IMG/VR virus record: IMGVR_UViG_3300027707_000015
Span: 942 to 64,941 of that record
DNA: 64,000 nucleotides
DNA from: a virus
Taxonomy: Duplodnaviria; Caudoviricetes
Direction: 5' to 3' (one strand)
The number at the start of each line of letters is the position of its first letter. The stretch's first letter is position 1. The position numbers and the translations under genes were made by a program. Positions 8,333 through 14,992 of the stretch are shown piece after piece. Below the pieces are notes generated by a model that was not told where the DNA came from, made no database searches, and saw only the letters and a list, made by a program, of their open reading frames with translations.

Positions 8333-10093
8333 TTATGCAGTCCTTAGTGATTGAGTGAGAAAAGCCACCATATCTTTTTTTTGTTTGATATCAAAAGTGC
8401 TAATTTGTTTTTCTAGTTCGGCCATGTCAACTGGTTTTTCAGCTCCAGCTGATGCGCCTGCCGGTAGTTGCATAGTTGTATATACTTTGTCTACAACTTC
8501 TGTGGCTACACCTTGGGCGACTAAGAATTTTTTCAACTCTTCAGAATCTGTGGGTGACCCTGCTTTTTGCCAGGCTGAGTTGAGTTTGTCAGCAGTGACT
8601 TTGGTTGTTAAATTTCTTGCTTTGGTTTTAAGCCAATCCATGGGACCTTCGGCCAATCTTCCTTCAGTGAGAAGATAGTTGTTGCGTGTGACAATTCTAT
8701 TGAACACAAGATATACTTGACCTTCTGACAATTTTTTCCCAGTGCGTTCAATTGAATTCTTCAATGGTGCGTATTTGGCATTGCCTTGCAGTTCAATAGC
8801 CTGCATTTTGAGGCGTTGTGTGGCATCAAAATAGCCAGTTGTCAGTTGTGCAGCTTTGGCTCCTGTGACTACTTCTCCAGAGTTAAGCGTGAGTTGTGAA
8901 TTAGGACTACCAATATTAGATGTGCCCTTGGGATTGGTTTGATCAACCATTTGTACGGCAGACCTTTCTATCTTGTCAAGATAGCTCATTTCTTGATCAG
9001 TTGGTGCTTGACCGGCGGCTAATTTTGCAGCTAATTTGTTAAGAGTAGGAGAAGACAGGGGATTATCGGTTATGCCTGGATCAGCTTTACCTGTTGAAAA
9101 AGGCCCAGCACCTGGCGGCGCTGATACAGCTTTATTGGGATCGTTGGCTAGATCTGCTAGAGTCTTTGTGTCCATGGACTGGCCTTGAAGGCCTGGAATA
9201 GTCCGTACAGGGTTTCCTGTGGCTCGGTCTATGACAGTTAGCTCGTCCCCCGATCCAGAAAATTCAAACTTGTCTGGAGGATATTCCTTCTGTAGATCAG
9301 CGATCATTTTGTTGTCAGCGTCCATAGCAGTGGTCGCGGCACTGGTATCACCTCCAGGTGGTGCGCCAGTATCTTTAAATGCTCCTGCTACCTTGTCAAC
9401 AGCAGCGCCAGCAATTCCAGCTGCAAATTGACCAATAACAGCGCCAGCTGCACCTGCTAGTGCAGGTTTTATTGCTCCCTTGAATGCTTCTTTCCACGGC
9501 TTGCCTTGCAGCTTGGCTGCTGCAATAGCAACACCGCCTGCAACAAGAGCACCAGTGATAGCCACAGCAGCAGTGCCACCTCCAGGAAAGAAAGTAGCAA
9601 TTAACGGTCCGGCCTTGCTCATTAGACCGCCCAGCACACCACCAACTAGACTAAGCACCACTGCTTGAGCTTGCGGATTTTTCAACGCAGCTTTGACAAT
9701 GGCCATTAGACCTGTTTTGGTTTCAGCTGGTGCTTCTAGATTATTCACAGCGGCTGTGGCTTTGGCTTCAAATTCTGGATCAGGCACAGCTTTTGGATCA
9801 GGTTCAGGCAGTGCTTTTTCTAACTTGCCTAGAAAAGAATCCGGAATAATTTTATCAACAATCTTGCCTAACATGGTGCTGTTGCCACCTCCTGCTGATG
9901 TTTCTTTTTCAGCAGCAGCAAACATCTGATTGATCTGATCTGGAGTTAGTGTTGCTTCATTGAGATATTGTTGCCATGGTTTGAAGAACTCGTTGTCAAT
10001 ACGATCCCAATGCTCATTGAGAGAAGTATCTTTCTTGAGATCCTCACTAAGATAGTATTTGATACTTGTTTTGTCTAAATCATGTAATCGCAT
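8333..10093 (-). CDS. Large putative internal head/ejection protein with hydrophobic Gly-zipper segments
   Basis: 586 aa; starts MRLHDL; hydrophobic stretch AVVLSLVGGVLGG...ALVAGGVAIAAA; several L-x-E sites. Confidence 0.5.
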   Translation of the reverse strand: MRLHDLDKTSIKYYLSEDLKKDTSLNEHWDRIDNEFFKPWQQYLNEATLTPDQINQMFAAAEKETSAGGGNSTMLGKIVDKIIPDSFLGKLEKALPEPDPKAVPDPEFEAKATAAVNNLEAPAETKTGLMAIVKAALKNPQAQAVVLSLVGGVLGGLMSKAGPLIATFFPGGGTAAVAITGALVAGGVAIAAAKLQGKPWKEAFKGAIKPALAGAAGAVIGQFAAGIAGAAVDKVAGAFKDTGAPPGGDTSAATTAMDADNKMIADLQKEYPPDKFEFSGSGDELTVIDRATGNPVRTIPGLQGQSMDTKTLADLANDPNKAVSAPPGAGPFSTGKADPGITDNPLSSPTLNKLAAKLAAGQAPTDQEMSYLDKIERSAVQMVDQTNPKGTSNIGSPNSQLTLNSGEVVTGAKAAQLTTGYFDATQRLKMQAIELQGNAKYAPLKNSIERTGKKLSEGQVYLVFNRIVTRNNYLLTEGRLAEGPMDWLKTKARNLTTKVTADKLNSAWQKAGSPTDSEELKKFLVAQGVATEVVDKVYTTMQLPAGASAGAEKPVDMAELEKQISTFDIKQKKDMVAFLTQSLRTA

Positions 10094-10115
10094 TGATATA
10101 CTCGCTGTTGTGTTT

Positions 10116-10123
10116 TATTTATT
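10116..10123 (-). promoter_or_regulatory. Late promoter AATAAATA
   Basis: Directly after the terminator and upstream of the ATG at 10093. Confidence 0.6.
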
Positions 10124-10145
10124 AAAAACGAGCTTGCGCTCGTTT
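10124..10145 (-). terminator. Intrinsic terminator-like hairpin
   Basis: Minus strand AAACGAGC-GCAA-GCTCGTTT then TT: perfect 8-bp stem, GNRA loop, U-tract. Confidence 0.7.
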
Positions 10146-10581
10146 GCATTTTCGCTTGTCGCTCAATGCGGATTGTCTTCTTTTTTATTGATTTACATTG
10201 TAATTGCGAAGCAATTCAAGTATTATGCAGATTGTTCAGTCACACTTTGCCCAGGCCGGGCAAAGATAACAGCATTATGCGAGTTGCACAGTACACTCTA
10301 GCGTTACAGCGTTACAGAGGCGGTCATCCGGTACCTCGAGCTGCGTCTTTATACGACGGCGGTGTATACATTTACGCTAACAAATGCACACACGTAGGGT
10401 ATTTCTCCCTTCTTTTTGCCTTGTTGTTCTTTTCAAATAACCAAATCGCAGGTCTTAGTAGCGATCGTCATCCTTTCGGGTAGTGGTTAAGCACCTTTGC
10501 GGCAAGGTTTTCCATCCCTGTGTACACGTAGACCAGGTTTAGAGCGCACGAAATTGGGCCTGCGCTAGCCAATAAACCGCT
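10124..10581 (-). ncRNA. Candidate large structured non-coding RNA (unassigned family)
   Basis: The only long ORF-poor gap in the window, packed with hairpins. Several contain G-U pairs that work only on the minus strand (10393-10362, 10270-10239, 10549-10540 with 10300-10291). GAAA/GCAA tetraloops. Ends in a terminator. Confidence 0.65.
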
Positions 10582-11016
10582 TTATTTTGCCTGAGATTGT
10601 TCTAGTAGACGCTGTCTAAGTATGTTTGATCCGCCGACTCTGACATTTATAATACCATTATAATAGTCATCAGTTTCTAAAACTCTGCGTTCAAACTGCT
10701 CTCGAGCTTCTAAATATGATAGTTCTGCCTTGGACTTGCAAAGGTAAATGATTTCTCTTGTGAAATTTTCCGGACCTAATGCTTGGACGTCTGCGTTCAA
10801 CCTATCAGATGAACCATAGTATTCACGCCAATCGCTTTCTACTACACTTCTTCTTTTGAGTTTTTTGCCTTTGAGTGGGGGTTTAGTACGTTTGAATTGT
10901 GCTAATTTCTTGCCTATGTACTTCTGTCCGGTGGTTTTATTCGTGATTATATAAACAAAGCCAATATAGCCTTCTGGTATTTCGTCTATTATTTGATTTT
11001 GAAACGTCCATTGCAC
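10582..11016 (-). CDS. GIY-YIG endonuclease, catalytic domain only (Seg-like)
   Basis: GFVYIITN...KYIGKK, YYGSS and a conserved Glu in YLEAREQF; 144 aa; GTG start. Confidence 0.85.
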   Translation of the reverse strand: MQWTFQNQIIDEIPEGYIGFVYIITNKTTGQKYIGKKLAQFKRTKPPLKGKKLKRRSVVESDWREYYGSSDRLNADVQALGPENFTREIIYLCKSKAELSYLEAREQFERRVLETDDYYNGIINVRVGGSNILRQRLLEQSQAK

Positions 11017-11027
11017 TCTTTAATTAG

Positions 11028-11246
11028 TTAAAGCTTCTTGCCTCTCATGCCTTTTCTGGATGCTTGTTGTATCTTTCGTTTGTCTTGTATTTCTACTCTT
11101 AATATCGATGCCTGTGTGCGTATTTCTGATAGCCATGATCTAGCCTTGATGCCTGCTTCGTTGGATTTTTTGTGATGAAATCGATCCTGCCATTTAAAGT
11201 ATTCTTGAAAGGCATGGATCATGCGATCGTGTGCGTCTGAACTCAC
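11028..11246 (-). CDS. Small basic protein, Hc1/histone-H1-like DNA-binding family (tentative)
   Basis: KKSNEAGIKARSWLSEIRTQASILRVEI resembles the GNKAAGTRARKxxLEL pattern; basic tail. Confidence 0.45.
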   Translation of the reverse strand: MSSDAHDRMIHAFQEYFKWQDRFHHKKSNEAGIKARSWLSEIRTQASILRVEIQDKRKIQQASRKGMRGKKL

Positions 11247-13021
11247 GCTACGATCTCTATGTCATTGCTGTAACTAGTGAATCCATTTTCTTTAATAACC
11301 TTCAGCACGTGATTAACCCGGCTGGTCAAGTCATCTCTATGTGAAATCAAGAACACGTTCTTGTCACGCTCACGAGTCATGCGTTTCAGCACAGCAATAC
11401 TGGATTCAACACCACTAGCATCCATACCTGAATCCACAAGTTCGTCAATGAACAGCAAGTTGATACTGGTGTATAGGTTTTCCCACACATCGCGGAATGC
11501 CCACGACAAGGATAGAATCAGTCTGTTACGTTCACCACGGCTTAGATTGTCAAAATCTAGATCCTGCCCCAGCTGTGTGATAATCACAGTCAAGTCGTTC
11601 TGAAACTCCACCGTGTGGGGTAATCCAATCTTGTCCAAGTAGTAGGTCAATCGTTGATTCAAGAACGCAAGATTCTGATCTATTATTCGTTTGCGAACAA
11701 AACTATCTTTGTTAGTCAATAACTTGTGTAAGAACTCTTGATGGTCTTTGACACGAACCAACTCGTTGAGACCGTTCCAATCTATTTCCTGTACGGCTGT
11801 TTCTTTGAGTTCAACAATCTGATCGTCATAGGGATTTTCTTCCGCAGTCTTGATAGTAATATCACGTTCTAGGCTACCTAATGTATTTTTATGATTTAGA
11901 GCCTGTTCTAGATTGTCATAAGTCACTGCAGGACATGTTCCAATTTCTCCTAGCAGCGATATTGCTTCGACGATCACACTAAGTTCTTCAAGATGCTCGT
12001 TGATAGCGCCACGGCTTTCTTGAATCTGCGTAGACTTAGCAGACATGATTTCTGTATGCTTGGAATCGTGTAACTCTTGACCGCAAGTATGACACTTGTG
12101 CTCTGTTAGACTAGTTAATTCTCGTTCCAACTTTTCTAAAATACGCTGTTCTTTTTCCAACGCCGACGTTTGTTTAGCACTCAACGATGCTAGACTTTCG
12201 TGTTCTTTTTTGTTAGCAGTCCAATCTGCTAGTGATCGCTGATTGAGAATTTCTTGATCAATATCAATATCGCTGAGTCTGTCTATGCTTTTAAGCAAGT
12301 TGGTCAGACTAGTTTCTTTCTGTTCTTCCCACATGCGTTGTTTGCGTATCAGCGACTCTATGCTTTGTTGTATTCTTTCGTTGCTAGCTTTGACAGTTTC
12401 TATTCTTGTGTTTTCTGTCGCAATACTGTCTTTGCTGATCTTGATTGCATCTTTGAGAGCTTCTGCTTTTTCTGACAGTATGGTAATGCCCAACAGTTGT
12501 TCAATGATAGCACGTTGCTCTGCTGCCTTCATGCTCAAGAACGGTTCTGTGTAAGTGTTCAAGGCAATGAGATGCTTGAACATTTCGTGTTTCATGCCAA
12601 ACACTTCTTCAATGGCCTTTTGTGTTTCACGGCTGTCGCCTTGGCTTTCGTCAAGGTCGCTGAGCTCCTGTTCCTGATCGTTGATGCTGAATCTCAACAG
12701 ATTAGGTTTACGACCTCGCTCGATATGATACTTGACACCATCTTTTTCAAATGTAACTGTACACAACATGCCTTTGCAGTTGATCTTGTTGATGAGATTG
12801 TCACGCTTGATATTGGTCAGTGCTTGTCCGTAGATGGCATAGCTGAGACCGTTGATGATAGTGGTTTTGCCTGTGCCGTTACGAGCTCCGCTGTCATCAC
12901 CGCCAAGGTCTAGGTTCTCGCCTAAGACCAACGTGAGTTGTCCGCGATCGAAATCTATGGCCTGGGTTTGATTGCCCACGCTCATGAAGTTGCGTACTGT
13001 GAGATTATTGATTTTAATCAT
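11243..13021 (-). CDS. gp46: Recombination endonuclease ATPase subunit (gp46, SbcC/Rad50-like)
   Basis: Walker A NGTGKTT, coiled coil with CHTC zinc hook, signature LSRGE, Walker B LLFIDE, ISH. Confidence 0.95.
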   Translation of the reverse strand: MIKINNLTVRNFMSVGNQTQAIDFDRGQLTLVLGENLDLGGDDSGARNGTGKTTIINGLSYAIYGQALTNIKRDNLINKINCKGMLCTVTFEKDGVKYHIERGRKPNLLRFSINDQEQELSDLDESQGDSRETQKAIEEVFGMKHEMFKHLIALNTYTEPFLSMKAAEQRAIIEQLLGITILSEKAEALKDAIKISKDSIATENTRIETVKASNERIQQSIESLIRKQRMWEEQKETSLTNLLKSIDRLSDIDIDQEILNQRSLADWTANKKEHESLASLSAKQTSALEKEQRILEKLERELTSLTEHKCHTCGQELHDSKHTEIMSAKSTQIQESRGAINEHLEELSVIVEAISLLGEIGTCPAVTYDNLEQALNHKNTLGSLERDITIKTAEENPYDDQIVELKETAVQEIDWNGLNELVRVKDHQEFLHKLLTNKDSFVRKRIIDQNLAFLNQRLTYYLDKIGLPHTVEFQNDLTVIITQLGQDLDFDNLSRGERNRLILSLSWAFRDVWENLYTSINLLFIDELVDSGMDASGVESSIAVLKRMTRERDKNVFLISHRDDLTSRVNHVLKVIKENGFTSYSNDIEIVA

Positions 13022-14028
13022 AGTTCGTTATAGATGTTCAACAGTAGTTTTTTGTCATAGGTGTCGCTGTCTATGTTATTGATCTGATTCATCACAATGG
13101 TGTCAACAGATTCGAATGTGATGTCTATGGGATTAACAGCACTTTCTACTTCTACCTTTTCTGGAATCAACATGAGCTCACGCAGTTTATACTGTGGCAT
13201 GAACTGTTCTTTGATGAAGTTTGCTTCTTCAAATGTAATAGGCAAGTCAATGGTTACACGACAATGCATCTTTTCACGCAGCAACTTGTCCGGAGTGTCG
13301 ATGATCTGACTCAGCTTATAGGTTCTATATATGGGTTGATCAGGCCAAGAATGATATTCGGGCTTGCCACCCCAATCCATGATCATCATGCCACGATCGT
13401 CATCACCTGCATCTGCATAATTGTGCGGAAAAGCATTGCCTATATAGACCACATTGCCTTTTTGTTGTCGCTTGTGAAAGTGTCCAGTAAATACCAATTC
13501 CTGATGCTGAAAGTGTCCAGTCTGCAACTGGCCGTGATCGGGCATCTGTACCATGGCATTCATGTAAAAATGCGGCAGCTCAAGATGTCCAAATATGTAT
13601 CTGCTTTTCAGTTGTTTTACCGTGGTCCACTCGTCACCTATCAGCCAAGGCATGATAGTGACATTGCCTTCTGTGTGTAATTCACGTATGGGCACGATGT
13701 TGGGAAACAGGCGCATGAACTCAATGGAGTTGATTTCGCGTTTGTCTTTGTAGAACAAGTCGTGATTGCCTAGAATAAAATAGACTCGTTCAAAACTCTG
13801 ACTGAGTTTTTCCAAGTTACTCACAGTATAATTCATGGTACTTACATCAGTGGTACTACGATTATGATGCCAATCGCCTAGGAATATAGCTGTTTCGCAG
13901 CCCTGTGCTTGAGCTGTGTCACAGAACCAAGACACAAAATTTTCACAGTCTTGATTGTGTGTACGACTTCCGGACTTCAATCCAAAGTGTATGTCAGTGA
14001 AGCATGCAACTTTCTTAAAAAGGTTCAT
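13018..14028 (-). CDS. gp47: Recombination endonuclease nuclease subunit (gp47, SbcD/Mre11-like)
   Basis: Metallophosphoesterase motifs DIHFG, LGD, GNHD, GHLE, GHFH. Confidence 0.95.
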   Translation of the reverse strand: MNLFKKVACFTDIHFGLKSGSRTHNQDCENFVSWFCDTAQAQGCETAIFLGDWHHNRSTTDVSTMNYTVSNLEKLSQSFERVYFILGNHDLFYKDKREINSIEFMRLFPNIVPIRELHTEGNVTIMPWLIGDEWTTVKQLKSRYIFGHLELPHFYMNAMVQMPDHGQLQTGHFQHQELVFTGHFHKRQQKGNVVYIGNAFPHNYADAGDDDRGMMIMDWGGKPEYHSWPDQPIYRTYKLSQIIDTPDKLLREKMHCRVTIDLPITFEEANFIKEQFMPQYKLRELMLIPEKVEVESAVNPIDITFESVDTIVMNQINNIDSDTYDKKLLLNIYNEL

Positions 14029-14034
14029 AGATTA

Positions 14035-14063
14035 ATTATAACAGAAAATAAATGTAAGGTCAA
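14035..14063 (-). promoter_or_regulatory. Sigma70-type promoter TTGACC-N17-TATAAT with extended TG
   Basis: -35 at 14063-14058, 17-nt spacer ending TGT, -10 at 14040-14035; predicted +1 falls on the gp47 ATG. Confidence 0.8.
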
Positions 14064-14065
14064 AC

Positions 14066-14908
14066 TCAATCTAAACTATCTGTGATAGTGACTGGCCCAG
14101 GAGCGTTCTTACCACCATTGGCGCTGTTTTGTCGTGTCCAACTAGGATTCATGCCGTTCATTTCAAGAATGTCGTCTCGAATGTTTTGATTGCGTTTTTC
14201 AAGATTGATAATTCTAACGAATGAATTGGTCACAGCAGCAGTATAATAGGCAAACGGATTGTCACTTTTTGATTCGTCGAATTGTAGTCCAATCTGGGTA
14301 AGCTGAAGTATGGCCTGCCCTTTCATTTCATCATTGTAGGTATAACCACGGACGTTGCCTCTAGTGGCATATCTCTCACAGAGCTTGATAAACATGCGAG
14401 CTAGATCGTTGGTCATTTGTCCGTGATCCTTGGAGAACTCTCCTTGATCTAAATTGCCCTTCCAATGACTTTTTCCCACACACAACAAGTTGTTGTTGTC
14501 GTCATATTTCCAATGTTGAAACGGTGGAAAGTTTACCTTGTCATGGCTGTCAGCTGTGTTCTTTAGAGTTTTCTTGCGTCCCGGTGCCAGCGGTATATGT
14601 GTAAAGGTCATCACACGAAACACTAGATCCTGCTTCTGCACTTTGCGATAGTCTACTTCAAATTCTTTGGCTGGCATTTTTTTACCGGCTGCGTATACGG
14701 CTGCTTCGTGTGCGGCCTTGGCCATTTTAGATGCTCTGTTTCGTTTGGCTTCTGCGATAGTGCGTATGTTCAGCTTGTCTAAGGTAGTAACGATTAGATC
14801 GTATTCTTCGTATGCTGGGTCTGTGAAACTACAGTAGGTATTTTTGCTTAGGTGTATTTCTCTTAATAGATCTTTGTTGGTTAGATACTTAATTTTAGGC
14901 ACAATCAT
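14066..14908 (-). CDS. gp55: Late transcription sigma factor (gp55-like), enlarged
   Basis: YLTNKDLLREI; RYATRGNVRGYTYNDEM...FDESKSDNPFAYYT match gp55 region-2 motifs. Confidence 0.9.
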   Translation of the reverse strand: MIVPKIKYLTNKDLLREIHLSKNTYCSFTDPAYEEYDLIVTTLDKLNIRTIAEAKRNRASKMAKAAHEAAVYAAGKKMPAKEFEVDYRKVQKQDLVFRVMTFTHIPLAPGRKKTLKNTADSHDKVNFPPFQHWKYDDNNNLLCVGKSHWKGNLDQGEFSKDHGQMTNDLARMFIKLCERYATRGNVRGYTYNDEMKGQAILQLTQIGLQFDESKSDNPFAYYTAAVTNSFVRIINLEKRNQNIRDDILEMNGMNPSWTRQNSANGGKNAPGPVTITDSLD

Positions 14909-14956
14909 TAGTTAGAATTCTCCGTTATATGTTATATAATAGCACATTTTTATCAT

Positions 14957-14964
14957 AATAAATA
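14957..14964 (+). promoter_or_regulatory. Late promoter AATAAATA for the baseplate operon
   Basis: Upstream of a TAAGGA RBS and the ATG at 14993. Confidence 0.65.
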
Positions 14965-14992
14965 GTCTATATGATAAGGAAATCTGCTCAAA

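Noticed and set aside
10059-10483. ORF-track entries 10059-10301 and 10166-10483 (+)
   Set aside because: No RBS, no recognisable motifs, opposite to the local transcription direction and overlapping the structured element; likely spurious.
10124-10581. tmRNA, RNase P RNA or tRNA
   Set aside because: No GGGGC..UCGA / T-loop-CCA ends, no GAGGAAAGUCC core, no cloverleaf found.
10124-11016. Group I intron carrying a GIY-YIG homing endonuclease
   Set aside because: The flanking genes are intact and uninterrupted, and I found no convincing P7 R/S elements (the closest, + strand CAGATTGTTCAGTC, is a poor match on the wrong strand). An Rfam scan is still needed.
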